IMG/VR virus record: IMGVR_UViG_3300047386_000320 | Location: 1-59,921 of that record | From: a virus | Lineage: Duplodnaviria > Caudoviricetes | Reading direction: 5' to 3' (one strand) | DNA length: 59,921 nt | Notes under the pieces: generated by a model | Told to the model about the DNA's origin: nothing | The model's input: the letters and a program-made list of their open reading frames with translations, nothing else | Database searches by the model: none | Translations under genes and position numbers: made by a program | Shown: positions 28,911-38,494 of the stretch, one piece after another | Layout of the letters: each line of letters starts with the position of its first letter | How positions within the stretch are numbered: the stretch's first letter is position 1

Positions 28911-29083
28911 TACACTTCTCCATTAGTTTCGTAGTTAAAATTAGCGGGACTAATATCTGCGTCCCAAGCTTCACCATATCGCGCACCGATATCATGTGGT
29001 TCATCATCCGACCATTGGCGCATCTCGCGATCAAAGTCATCAAGCAAAGACCAATTAAGCGTTTCTAAATTAAGCTCGTTCAT
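28910..29083 (-). CDS. Small acidic protein (57 aa, not in ORF track)
   Basis: MNELNLETLNWSLLDDFDRE...; GGGAG SD; stop overlaps the next start. Confidence 0.55.
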   Translation of the reverse strand: MNELNLETLNWSLLDDFDREMRQWSDDEPHDIGARYGEAWDADISPANFNYETNGEV

Positions 29084-29085
29084 GA

Positions 29086-29322
29086 TTAGCTCCCGAAGAA
29101 TTCATGAAGATCAACCGCAGCAGATAATTCAGCCGCATCTTCAATTTCATTAAGTGAGTTAGTAGCAGAGACACCACACATAGCTAAGCCTGCCAATGCA
29201 ACATCACCAACGGCAGCTCGTGGATTACTCTTTGCGAAGTCAATATAGTCAGCAATCGCAGACTTGGTAGTGGTTACAGGTTTAGAGCCAAGTAACCCTT
29301 TGGCTTTAGCTAAAATAGCCAT
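29086..29322 (-). CDS. Hypothetical early protein
   Basis: GGAGG SD. Confidence 0.65.
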   Translation of the reverse strand: MAILAKAKGLLGSKPVTTTKSAIADYIDFAKSNPRAAVGDVALAGLAMCGVSATNSLNEIEDAAELSAAVDLHEFFGS

Positions 29323-29477
29323 ATCGTTTTCCTCCGATAGTAGTCCTGAGATATTCAGAACTTACAAAAATAAACACCTGACCGATGAATATCGGGCAGT
29401 AGATAACGGACAGAGAACAGATGCTCATGAGCCGTGATCCGTTGTCCGTGGTCAAGCTGTACAAAAAATGATCAATG

Positions 29478-29764
29478 GTGAGACAGGTGAGACACCAGTG
29501 AGACACCAGTGAGACACCAAACGAAAGTACAAAAACCTAGTAGCTATAAGGGCTAGAGTATTGGTGAGACAGGTGAGACACCTAATTTAATTGATTTGCT
29601 GTATAGAAAACCAATTATGTAAAACGTAAATACAATGTAAGTAGGAAAATGCCGTCTCATCCGTCTCACTGTCTCACCCATATAGTAAGTCATTGATACA
29701 TAAGCATTTATTGGTGAGACACCAAACAAGCCGTTGCTGTCTCACCTGTCTCATGCTGTCTCAC
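29478..29764. repeat. Iteron cluster (GTGAGACA / TGTCTCAC), putative replication origin
   Basis: 7 direct and 6 inverted copies around an AT-rich tract (29581-29650) and an IHF consensus (29686-29698). Confidence 0.75.
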
Positions 29765-29784
29765 CCCCTTATGACGGGCAGATG

Positions 29785-30042
29785 CTAATGCTGGCTGGCT
29801 GATTGTTCTTGGTTCATGCGTAATCGTTTACGTCTTTCCCATTCATATCGTTGCCATTTCATAGCCAGTTCATGGTCAGTCATCCGTGTAGCCATTGACC
29901 GTGGACGACGGGCGAAGGCCGTTGGACACAACTCGCTGTCCCTAAAACATTCCCATGCTATTAGTAGAGCAAAGAACAACGAACCACCAACAAGAGCAAC
30001 GGACAACATCAATAATAAAGTTACCAATACATCAAAGATCAT
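29785..30042 (-). CDS. Small membrane protein, first gene of the leftward arm
   Basis: GGAGG SD; long N-terminal hydrophobic helix. Confidence 0.6.
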   Translation of the reverse strand: MIFDVLVTLLLMLSVALVGGSLFFALLIAWECFRDSELCPTAFARRPRSMATRMTDHELAMKWQRYEWERRKRLRMNQEQSASQH

Positions 30043-30273
30043 GTGACACCTCCAACAGTGCGTGATTAAAGATCAACTCACACACCACCTGGCCGATGAA
30101 ATCGGACAGTTAACCTAGGTCAAACGAAAGGGGTTACTGACCGACAAGGTTCCAACAACGGATCGTCAAACAAGGTTCCAAATCCGGAATCGGGGGAACG
30201 GGGTAGCGAGCCCACAACACTACAAAGGAGTGCGTGAGCATTTCAGACATAAAAAACGAAATTGAAAAAAATT

Positions 30274-30301
30274 TTGCAAAAAATATCCCAGCTAATATAA
30301 T
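30274..30301 (+). promoter_or_regulatory. Rightward sigma70 promoter with degenerate operator
   Basis: TTGCAA-16-TATAAT with A-tracts upstream; AAAATAT-CCCAG-CTAATAT at 30280-30298. Confidence 0.75.
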
Positions 30302-30307
30302 CCATAG

Positions 30308-30778
30308 ATGAATGACACACGTAAGTGTTTTTCATGCGGTAAGGAAAAGCCGGAAAAAGAGTTTCCAGGAACAACGAAACGTACATGCACCGCATGTAAG
30401 ACGCGCAAACATAATAAAAGCGTTAGTGGTAGCCATAAGGCTTATCTCCGAGATCTCTGCGCTAAAGCAAAATATGCTGTCAATTCTGGAAGGCGCGCCG
30501 ACCACGTCGAGTGGCGTCTCAAACCCGAGGATTTATATGACTTGTGGGAGCAACAAGAAGGGCGCTGCGCTATAAGTGGCGTCATCCTTACGCACCATAA
30601 AGATGGTAGTGGACACAAAGACTTTAACGCTTCCATCGACCGTATAAGTAACGACCGCAGTTATTCCCCAGATAATATTCAACTAGTTTGTTACCGCGTG
30701 AACATCATGCGGCATACCCTTTCGGGCGATATGTTCTTCTGGTGGGTGCGAACAATTAACGATTTTTCTTGCTCTTAA
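30308..30778 (+). CDS. Zn-finger HNH-type endonuclease
   Basis: CxxC...CxxC, QEGRCAISG, SIDRI...Y...NIQLVC...VN. Confidence 0.8.
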   Translation: MNDTRKCFSCGKEKPEKEFPGTTKRTCTACKTRKHNKSVSGSHKAYLRDLCAKAKYAVNSGRRADHVEWRLKPEDLYDLWEQQEGRCAISGVILTHHKDGSGHKDFNASIDRISNDRSYSPDNIQLVCYRVNIMRHTLSGDMFFWWVRTINDFSCS

Positions 30779-30797
30779 TTATTAGTGAGGCTAATAT
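30769..30797 (+). promoter_or_regulatory. Promoter/operator copy (TTATTAG-TGAGG-CTAATAT)
   Basis: TTGCTC-17-TAATAT. Confidence 0.65.
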
Positions 30798-30803
30798 AGC
30801 AAC

Positions 30804-31082
30804 ATGGATATAGAAATGGTTTGTATAGAGGGTCTAGACGACGCAATTGTCGGTACAGGTTTTAGAAGCCAAGCCGGAGAAGTACTCGTCTACGACGCCG
30901 ACAAGTGTAATGAACTACTGATGTATGCGGGTTACGGGGAGAACTGTTTGCCATTCTTCCTCGAGAGCCTGGATATAGAAAGTTTGGGTGATCGAGCTCC
31001 CTTCTTTATTTACTTAGACGGTGAAACTGAGCATGACGTTACCAGACAAACAGGACGACCAAAACTCCGACTCGTCCACTGA
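30804..31082 (+). CDS. Hypothetical protein
   Basis: EGLDDAIVG...LVYD motif. Confidence 0.65.
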   Translation: MDIEMVCIEGLDDAIVGTGFRSQAGEVLVYDADKCNELLMYAGYGENCLPFFLESLDIESLGDRAPFFIYLDGETEHDVTRQTGRPKLRLVH

Positions 31083-31563
31083 GGTAGTTAGCTCACATAC
31101 AGAGTTCCAATCCCACATGCCATATATGGGGTTGAACTTAAATGACCTAACTGTCCAACAGGAGAAGCTCGTTACCCTGATCGCTAGCGGTATGACAATT
31201 GCTGCAGCGGGTCGGGGCGCAGGCTATTCCAGCTACCCGGCGGCGCATGAAGCTTCGAAGAAGCCAGCTGTGCAGCAGGCGTTGCAGTACTACCGCGAGC
31301 AAATGCGCGAAGAGGTGAAGTTTGAAGCAACACAAGCGCATGTAATGTACATGGACGCTTATAACGCTTCAGCAACTGCAACTGAGATGAAGAATACTGT
31401 GGATTCACTTGTGAAACTGCACGGTTTGGGACAACCAGACACAGCAGTACAGGTAAATCTCAATATGAATGCTACATCCAAGCAACTTGAGCGACTGACT
31501 GACGAGCAGCTTCTCGAGATTGCTGGGAAACAAACTGATTACTTGGAGCCCGATGGATCTTGA
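31033..31563 (+). CDS. terS: Terminase small subunit
   Basis: LTVQQEKL...AAAGRGAGYS HTH; directly upstream of TerL. Confidence 0.75.
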   Translation: MTLPDKQDDQNSDSSTEVVSSHTEFQSHMPYMGLNLNDLTVQQEKLVTLIASGMTIAAAGRGAGYSSYPAAHEASKKPAVQQALQYYREQMREEVKFEATQAHVMYMDAYNASATATEMKNTVDSLVKLHGLGQPDTAVQVNLNMNATSKQLERLTDEQLLEIAGKQTDYLEPDGS

Positions 31564-33212
31564 GTGAAGAGATCGAAAAGCAAACCTGTATACGGTGCAA
31601 AAAGTCACTGCCGGTGACTTTGTATTCAGAGGGGAGTGGGCTGTGTGTTTATTGTAAAGCGGACGACGTTGATGCTCTCCCCGAACCAACAACAGAAGTG
31701 GCAACCGAGTCTGAAACAGAGGAGCTATCTCTTGAGCAAAAAGCAAAAGCAGAACTCGCACTCCGATTCCTTACAAGGAAACGACTACTCCCATTCGTCG
31801 AAAGATTTAACCCTGACTACCAAGCTGGTTGGGTTCATAAAGACATCTGTCAACGACTTGAACAATTCTCTAAAGACGTCTCTGAGAAAAAGTCTCCAAG
31901 GCTTATGCTCTTTATGCCGCCTAGACACGGTAAAAGTACGCTTGCTTCAGTTGCTTTCCCAGCTTGGCATCTTGGTCGCCACCCTAACCACGAGTTTATT
32001 AGCTGTTCGTACTCAGGCTCGCTCGCTATGGGGTTCAGCCGAAAAGTGCGCCAACTCCTTCGTGAGCCAACTTATAAATCAGCTTTCAAAACGCGGTTGG
32101 ACGCAACCTCACAATCCGCAGAAGCATGGCTTACCACTGACGGTGGCGGTTTTGTTGCTGCTGGTGTTGGTGGTGGTATCACTGGTAAAGGCGCTCATAT
32201 CCTTGTTATTGATGATCCCGTAAAGAACCGTGACGAAGCAGAGTCACAGAATGCTAGGGATTCATCTTGGGATTGGTATACGTCAACGGCATATACCCGT
32301 CTTGCCCCAGGTGGCGGTGTACTTGTCATTCTTACGAGGTGGCATGACGACGACCTAGCGGGACGGCTATTGAAAGCGGCCACGGACAACGGTGAACAGT
32401 GGGAGGTCGTGAACTACCCAGCACGGGCAGAGATCGACGAACCTTTCAGAAAGGCCGGTGAAGCGTTGCACCGAGAGCGGTATGACGAAGAAGCACTGAG
32501 CAGAATTGAGAAAGCAGTTGGCCCTCGAGATTGGTCAGCTCTTTACCAGCAGAATCCAGTTGCCGATGACGGTGACTACTTCACACGCGACATGATTCAG
32601 TACTACGAGCGTGATGAGGTTGATCTATCCCAAATGCGATTTTATGCAGCCTGGGATTTAGCAATTGGTAAGAAGGATAGGAATGACTACACCGTAGGAA
32701 TGGTGGTCGGCGTCAACGAATATGATGAGTTGTTCGTTGTCGATGTTATTAGGGGCAAGTTCGACGGCTTTGAAATTGTTGAACGAATCCTCGACCTATA
32801 TGAAGAGTGGCGACCCTCGATCATAGGTATTGAAAAAGGTCATATCGAAATGGCTCTTGGCCCGTTCTTGGAGAAACGTGTCCGTGAACGAGGGCTATAT
32901 GAAGCATATTTCAAGGATCTCAAGACAGGTCGCAGAGACAAAGAAGCTCGTGCGAGAGCTATCCAAGGTCGGATGCAACAGGGCATGGTTTTCTTGCCCA
33001 AGGACGAACAGTTTACGGGCCCTTTGGTAGCGGAGTTACTGCGCTTTCCGAATGGCGTACATGATGATCAGGTAGACACGTTGGCTTGGTTAGGTCTGAT
33101 GATGACCGAATTTGCTACATATCAAGCGCCCGTGGTTCACGAACCGTCGTGGCGGGATCGTCTGCCCTTCCTTGGTAAAACGCCAAGGAGTAAATCAGCT
33201 ATGAGCGCATAA
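31560..33212 (+). CDS. terL: Terminase large subunit
   Basis: MPPRHGKS Walker A, IDDPVK, TRWHDDDL, LYQQNP, AWDLA, HDDQVD. Confidence 0.95.
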   Translation: MSEEIEKQTCIRCKKSLPVTLYSEGSGLCVYCKADDVDALPEPTTEVATESETEELSLEQKAKAELALRFLTRKRLLPFVERFNPDYQAGWVHKDICQRLEQFSKDVSEKKSPRLMLFMPPRHGKSTLASVAFPAWHLGRHPNHEFISCSYSGSLAMGFSRKVRQLLREPTYKSAFKTRLDATSQSAEAWLTTDGGGFVAAGVGGGITGKGAHILVIDDPVKNRDEAESQNARDSSWDWYTSTAYTRLAPGGGVLVILTRWHDDDLAGRLLKAATDNGEQWEVVNYPARAEIDEPFRKAGEALHRERYDEEALSRIEKAVGPRDWSALYQQNPVADDGDYFTRDMIQYYERDEVDLSQMRFYAAWDLAIGKKDRNDYTVGMVVGVNEYDELFVVDVIRGKFDGFEIVERILDLYEEWRPSIIGIEKGHIEMALGPFLEKRVRERGLYEAYFKDLKTGRRDKEARARAIQGRMQQGMVFLPKDEQFTGPLVAELLRFPNGVHDDQVDTLAWLGLMMTEFATYQAPVVHEPSWRDRLPFLGKTPRSKSAMSA

Positions 33213-33214
33213 CT

Positions 33215-35332
33215 ATGAAGAAGCAAACGAAAGTAAAGCTAACGCCAGAAGAAGAGCAAGCTAAAGCGTCATACCAATGGGATAGATACACACGTGCCCG
33301 CGACCACGGTCACGAAGAATATATCTACATGGCCAAGAAGTGTGATGACTACTATAGAGGTGAGCAGTGGCATCAAGAGGACATCGATGCCCTAGAAGCA
33401 GAAGGTCGTCCCGCCCTCACTATTAATACTGTTCTTCCTACTATTAATACCATCCTCGGTGAGCAGTCTAGCCGCAGAGCCGATATTAAATTTAAACCCC
33501 GTCGTGGGGGTGATCAGGAGATTGCAGACGTACTGACTAAAGTATTTATGCAGATTGCTGATAGCAACAAACTCGATTGGGTTGAGCAGCAAGTATTTTC
33601 AGACGGTCTGATTATGGACGGAAGAGGGTACTTCGATGTTCGTATGGATTTCACCGATCACGTTGAAGGTGAAGTACGGATCACGGCTAAAGATCCACTG
33701 GACATTCTTATAGACCCAGATGCAAAAGATGCAGACCCTAAGTCCTGGAACGAAGTGTTCGAAACCAAATGGATGACCCTCGATGAGATCGAAGAGACTT
33801 ACGGCGAGAAGAAAGCCGAAGAACTACGATTCATAGCAGAGAATGGTAACCACTTTGGACGGGACTCGGTTGAGTTCGAAGAACAACGATTCGGTGACCT
33901 TGATCCGTCAGACGATTTGTTTGGCAGCATGCAATCGCCGGATGAAGAAGAGTACGGCAACGTCCGTTCATTACGAGTCATTGAGCGTCAGTATAAAATC
34001 ATGTCTCGTGTTAACTGCTTCGTAGACCCAGATACAGGTGACTCTCGTGAAGCACCTGATGCATGGAACGACAGAAAAGTTAAGAAGTTTGCTAAAGAGT
34101 ACGGCTTGACCGTTGTTAGCAAGATGAAGCGTAAAGTCCGCTGGTGTGTTACGTGCGACAAAGTTGTGCTGCACGATGACTGGTCTCCATACAACGACTT
34201 CACCGTCGTGCCTTTCTTCGCTTATTTCCGCAGAGGCAGACCATTCGGTATTGTTCGCAACCTTCTATCTCCGCAGGAGCAGTTGAACAAAATTGCTTCT
34301 CAAGAGCTACATATAGTTAATACTACAGCTAATAGTGGGTGGATGGTTGAGTCAGGCTCATTAGTAGGTATGTCAGCTGACGACCTCGAGGAGCACGGTG
34401 CTGAAACTGGTCTTGTGCTTGAGTACGCGAGGGGTACAACCCCACCGCAAAAGATCCAACCGAATACCATCCCGACTGGCCTAGATCGCATCGCACAGAA
34501 AGCTGCGATGAATATCAAAGCTATCTCAGGTATCAACGACAGCATGTTGGGTTCAGACAGCCCAGAGGTTTCTGGTGTAGCTATCCAAGCTAAGCAGAAC
34601 CGTGGTGCAGTCATGATTCAAGTACCACTAGATAACTTGAAGAAGTCGCGTCAGTACCTGGCAGAGAAGGTGCTGAACCTTATCCAGACTTTCTACTCAG
34701 AAGAGCGTTTGATTCAGGTTACTGATGAGTCAGATCCACTGAAGCCTCGTGAAGAAGTTGTGGTAAATCAGATGACTTCAGAAGGCACAGTTATCAACGA
34801 CCTTACTCTTGGTGAGTACGACGTAATTATTGCTACTGCACCTGCAAGAGACAGCTTCGACGAAGTTCAGTTTGCTGAAGCTATTGGCTTACGTCAGGCA
34901 GGCGTTGCAATTCCTGATGACGCAATCATCGAGTACAGCCACCTATCTAAGAAAGGTGAGCTTGCTAAGCGCATCCGCATGATGACAGGTGTTGAGCAGT
35001 CTCCAGAGCAACAAGAAATGAACCAAGTGAAAGCTCAGATGGCTATGCAGGCAGAACAACTGACTCTGGCGAAGCTAGAAGCAGAAGTGAAGAAGCTGCA
35101 GTCAGAAGCTGCTGTAAACATCGCGAAGACTCAGGACACCAGCGAAGTACAGCCACAGCTAAGAAACAACGAGCTCAACGCGAAGCTAGCTATGAAAGAG
35201 CAAGAGCTACAGCTGCGTAGAGAGCTTGCAGATTTAACTAACCGGACTCGTTCGAGTCAGGCCGAAACCAACGCTGCCACACGTATCGCCGCAACTGCGA
35301 TGCAGACCGCAGCAAAAAAAGCCCCCCAATAG
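33215..35332 (+). CDS. Portal protein (P22-like)
   Basis: YYRGEQW...RPALTIN, SPQEQLNK, SGVAIQAKQ; long C-terminal helical barrel. Confidence 0.9.
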   Translation: MKKQTKVKLTPEEEQAKASYQWDRYTRARDHGHEEYIYMAKKCDDYYRGEQWHQEDIDALEAEGRPALTINTVLPTINTILGEQSSRRADIKFKPRRGGDQEIADVLTKVFMQIADSNKLDWVEQQVFSDGLIMDGRGYFDVRMDFTDHVEGEVRITAKDPLDILIDPDAKDADPKSWNEVFETKWMTLDEIEETYGEKKAEELRFIAENGNHFGRDSVEFEEQRFGDLDPSDDLFGSMQSPDEEEYGNVRSLRVIERQYKIMSRVNCFVDPDTGDSREAPDAWNDRKVKKFAKEYGLTVVSKMKRKVRWCVTCDKVVLHDDWSPYNDFTVVPFFAYFRRGRPFGIVRNLLSPQEQLNKIASQELHIVNTTANSGWMVESGSLVGMSADDLEEHGAETGLVLEYARGTTPPQKIQPNTIPTGLDRIAQKAAMNIKAISGINDSMLGSDSPEVSGVAIQAKQNRGAVMIQVPLDNLKKSRQYLAEKVLNLIQTFYSEERLIQVTDESDPLKPREEVVVNQMTSEGTVINDLTLGEYDVIIATAPARDSFDEVQFAEAIGLRQAGVAIPDDAIIEYSHLSKKGELAKRIRMMTGVEQSPEQQEMNQVKAQMAMQAEQLTLAKLEAEVKKLQSEAAVNIAKTQDTSEVQPQLRNNELNAKLAMKEQELQLRRELADLTNRTRSSQAETNAATRIAATAMQTAAKKAPQ

Positions 35333-35341
35333 GAGTTTGAT

Positions 35342-36367
35342 ATGAGTGATGAAGCAAAAACAGAAGAGAAACTAGAGTTTGATGTGATGCCAGGAGCAGA
35401 AGTCATCGAAGATGATGAGCCAGCTCTCGATTTAAGTTTCCCAGAACCCGAACCTGAAGAAGTTAAGGAAGAAGAAGTTGCTGAAGAAGAAACTGAAGAG
35501 GTTGTTGCCGAAGAATCCGAAGAAACTGTGGCCGAAGAAGAGACCGAAGAGCCCGAAGTCGAAGAAACTGTTTCTGAAGACGAAGGAGAAGTGGCTGAAG
35601 TCGTAGAAGAAAAGCCAGAAGTTGCTCCAGAACCGCAAAAACGTCCAATGGTTCCGAAATCTCGACTCGATGAGGTTCTAACCAAGCAAAAAGCGCTTCA
35701 AAAACAGCTCGATGACATGAAAGCCTCCCAAGCGCCTACCGCCGAAGCTCCCGAGGAGTACAACTTCGCCGAGAAAGAGGTCGAATATCAGAACGCATTG
35801 CTAGATGGCGAGGCTGAGAAGGCTGCAGCGATCAGAACTGACATCAGAAAGGCCGAAAGAGCACAAATTGAGTTTGAAATGGGTCAAAAAATGACCGACG
35901 CAGTGTCTCAGAACCAGCAAGCGACTGCTTTGCAGCAGGCCGCGACGACTCTTGAAGCTGAATTCCCTATTTTTGATGCAAAAAGTGACCAGTACAACGA
36001 AGCACTAACCCAAGAAGTCATCGAATTACGCGACGCCTTCATTATTAAGGGTGAAAACGCCGTTGCTGCACTCTCTAAAGCCGCAAAATTTGTAATTCGC
36101 GAGAACGATTTGGTCGATATGGCTGAACCAGAAGCTCCATCTCTAGCTGCAGCAGCTGCACCGAAGCAAAACGTCGATGAAGTGTCGAAAAAACGCAAAG
36201 AAGTGGCGAAAAAACTCAAAGCGGCCGATGCCCAACCACCTGAATTACAGGGTGAGGGTGTAGCTACCCGAGGTGACAAGGGTTTAGACCTATCAAACAT
36301 GAGTGAAGAGGAGTTTGACGCTCTTCCAGAAGCAACTTTAAGAAGATTACGAGGAGATATCCTCTAA
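35342..36367 (+). CDS. Head scaffolding protein
   Basis: Glu-rich N-terminus, MVPKSRLDEV coiled coil, C-terminal MSEEEFDAL; follows the portal gene. Confidence 0.8.
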   Translation: MSDEAKTEEKLEFDVMPGAEVIEDDEPALDLSFPEPEPEEVKEEEVAEEETEEVVAEESEETVAEEETEEPEVEETVSEDEGEVAEVVEEKPEVAPEPQKRPMVPKSRLDEVLTKQKALQKQLDDMKASQAPTAEAPEEYNFAEKEVEYQNALLDGEAEKAAAIRTDIRKAERAQIEFEMGQKMTDAVSQNQQATALQQAATTLEAEFPIFDAKSDQYNEALTQEVIELRDAFIIKGENAVAALSKAAKFVIRENDLVDMAEPEAPSLAAAAAPKQNVDEVSKKRKEVAKKLKAADAQPPELQGEGVATRGDKGLDLSNMSEEEFDALPEATLRRLRGDIL

Positions 36368-36377
36368 GAGGTGACTT

Positions 36378-36668
36378 ATGCCAGCTAAGAAAGACCCACG
36401 GTTAGCCCGAGCAGGAGTTTCGGGCTTTAACAAACCAAAAAGGACGCCATCTCACCCTAAAAAGTCGCACATTGTGGTGGCAAAAGAGGGAGATAAGATC
36501 AAGACGATCAGATTTGGTGAACAAGGAGCTAAGACGGCGGGCAAACCTAAGAAAGGTGAGGGCGACAAGATGCGTAAGAAGCGAGCTAGCTTCAAAGCGC
36601 GTCACGCTAAGAACATTTCTAAGGGCAAAATGAGCGCGGCCTATTGGGCAAATCGCGTGAAGTGGTGA
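36378..36668 (+). CDS. Small highly basic protein
   Basis: KKSHIVVAK...IRFGEQG...RASFKARH...SAAYWA. Confidence 0.75.
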   Translation: MPAKKDPRLARAGVSGFNKPKRTPSHPKKSHIVVAKEGDKIKTIRFGEQGAKTAGKPKKGEGDKMRKKRASFKARHAKNISKGKMSAAYWANRVKW

Positions 36669-36672
36669 TGAC

Positions 36673-37068
36673 ATGGCTAGAACAGATGAAGCGAAGTGGA
36701 AACGCATCGTAGCTGCTGTAAAAGCCGGTTCAAAAGGTGGTAAACCCGGCCAGTGGAGTGCTCGAAAGGCTCAACTGGCCACTCAGCGCTATAAAAAGGC
36801 TGGCGGTGGTTACTCAGGTGCAAAAACTAAGGCTCAGAAGTCCCTAACTAAGTGGACTAAAGAGAAATGGGGTACTAAGTCGGGTAAGAACAGTACTCAG
36901 GGTAAAAAGGCGACTGGAGAGCGGTATTTACCTAAGAAGGCTAGGGAGTCGCTGAGTAAGAAAGAATACGCAGCCACAAGCCGTAAGAAACGTAAGGACA
37001 CCAAAGCGGGTAAGCAGTTCAGTAAGCAGCCTAAGAAGGTTGCAAGAAAGACAGCTCGGTATCGATAA
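36673..37068 (+). CDS. Small highly basic protein (DUF5872-like)
   Basis: GGKPGQWSARKAQL...YKKAGGGY...KWTKEKW...ERYLPKKA. Confidence 0.75.
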   Translation: MARTDEAKWKRIVAAVKAGSKGGKPGQWSARKAQLATQRYKKAGGGYSGAKTKAQKSLTKWTKEKWGTKSGKNSTQGKKATGERYLPKKARESLSKKEYAATSRKKRKDTKAGKQFSKQPKKVARKTARYR

Positions 37069-37722
37069 ATGCGGAAATTACTAATAGTGCTCGCCCTAGT
37101 CGGGCTAGCGGTGTTTGCAGATGACACCAACAACAGCCAAGAAGGTTCACTGAACACGAGCAACGTACAAAGCACCGTGAGCAGTAATAACTCCACGACG
37201 GACACTAGCACCACGAACCACTACAACGGTGCAGGGTCATCTAGTGAAATGCCAGTTGGTAGCGCTATTAGTCCCACCTACATGAGTAATGGTCAGGACA
37301 CCTGTTTGAAGGGCTCAGGAGGCTCACTCCAAACTGTAGGTGTGGGTATATCGAGCGGAGAGTATGAAGTAGACCCGAATTGCGACAGGAGAAGAGATGC
37401 AAAGCTCCTTTCGGATCTAGGTATGAAGGTCGCAGCGGTAGCGAGGATGTGCGAGGACGAGATCGTATGGAAGTCGATGTTTATGTCAGGAACACCCTGT
37501 CCATTGCAACAGGGGGGCAGACTGGTAGTTGGGAAGAGGGCTTATCTTCTAATGAAGAATAGTCCAGAAGTGTTTATCCCTGCCTACGGAAAGATAGGTA
37601 GGAAGCTCACAGACACCCAGCTTTGGTTTAACGCAGCACTTGGTATAGGTATCGAATCCAATGAAGAAGACAATGATGATAGTGAGCGCGTTAGCGATAA
37701 GTTCCGTAGCTCACTCCAATGA
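37069..37722 (+). CDS. Exported protein with signal peptide and four Cys
   Basis: MRKLLIVLALVGLAVFA signal; S/T/N-rich region; CDRRRDAKLLSDLGMKVAAVARMC...GTPCP. Confidence 0.75.
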   Translation: MRKLLIVLALVGLAVFADDTNNSQEGSLNTSNVQSTVSSNNSTTDTSTTNHYNGAGSSSEMPVGSAISPTYMSNGQDTCLKGSGGSLQTVGVGISSGEYEVDPNCDRRRDAKLLSDLGMKVAAVARMCEDEIVWKSMFMSGTPCPLQQGGRLVVGKRAYLLMKNSPEVFIPAYGKIGRKLTDTQLWFNAALGIGIESNEEDNDDSERVSDKFRSSLQ

Positions 37723-38494
37723 ACTTGATAATTTAATTAACACCTCAAATGCCCTAGTCAACCAGATTGACCGAGGCATCATGATGACGGGTGCTGCTAT
37801 GACCTACGCTAGCACCGGTACAGGGCTTTCAGACGGAACTATGTCTGGTACAGCTCATATAAGCACAGAGCAGTTAGACGCATATAACAGCGCTCTAATG
37901 GGCATGTCCAACTACCTTCCATACGGCTCGGTTCAGGTTGAGTTAGAGAATCTTGCATCTCAAGAACTTGATCTAATGGATCAAGCTGTAGACACCTTTA
38001 CAGAGGTGGTAGTAGACATGATTACGGTTGTAGAAGTCTCGGAGATGGCCCAAGAAGCCAGCACCCCCGCAGACGAAGCAGCTGTCCAGGAGTATGTTGT
38101 CTCTAACTCTGAAGCTTTGCAGATATCACAGGAAGAGGTTGATACATATAACCAGAGCCTGGATGACATCGAGACACATGCTAATAACGCCAGTGCTTAT
38201 CTTGCTGTTGCGGGTAACGATGAGGCTGTGGCTTTCTTAGATCAAGGTGTAGAGAACGCCAATACAACCGCAGATCAAACCAACATCTTTTATAACGCTA
38301 ATTCTCAGTGGATCGCGATGGGTTACCCCACAACGCGCAATCTGACAGCGGTGTATCTGAATGGGCAGAACTTTGGTTTAGATCTTTATGTAACCGAAGC
38401 CGACATCCTGTCGGTCGGGTCAGATTCCGAGTACTACCTCACCGGCCCAACGGCTCAAGGATATAAGTGCTTTATGACTGAAGAGGATTGTTAA
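37661..38494 (+). CDS. Exported acidic helical protein
   Basis: MKKTMMIVSALAISSVAHS signal peptide; mature part very acidic, almost no Lys. Confidence 0.75.
   Translation: MKKTMMIVSALAISSVAHSNELDNLINTSNALVNQIDRGIMMTGAAMTYASTGTGLSDGTMSGTAHISTEQLDAYNSALMGMSNYLPYGSVQVELENLASQELDLMDQAVDTFTEVVVDMITVVEVSEMAQEASTPADEAAVQEYVVSNSEALQISQEEVDTYNQSLDDIETHANNASAYLAVAGNDEAVAFLDQGVENANTTADQTNIFYNANSQWIAMGYPTTRNLTAVYLNGQNFGLDLYVTEADILSVGSDSEYYLTGPTAQGYKCFMTEEDC

Noticed and set aside
29375-29400. Hammerhead ribozyme (CTGA..GA..GAA)
   Set aside because: The core is CTGACCGA rather than CUGANGA, and the three-stem junction with a GAAA/NUH site cannot be built
29478-29764. Mini CRISPR array
   Set aside because: Repeats are 8-9 bp, occur in both orientations, and lack spacer-length unique sequences
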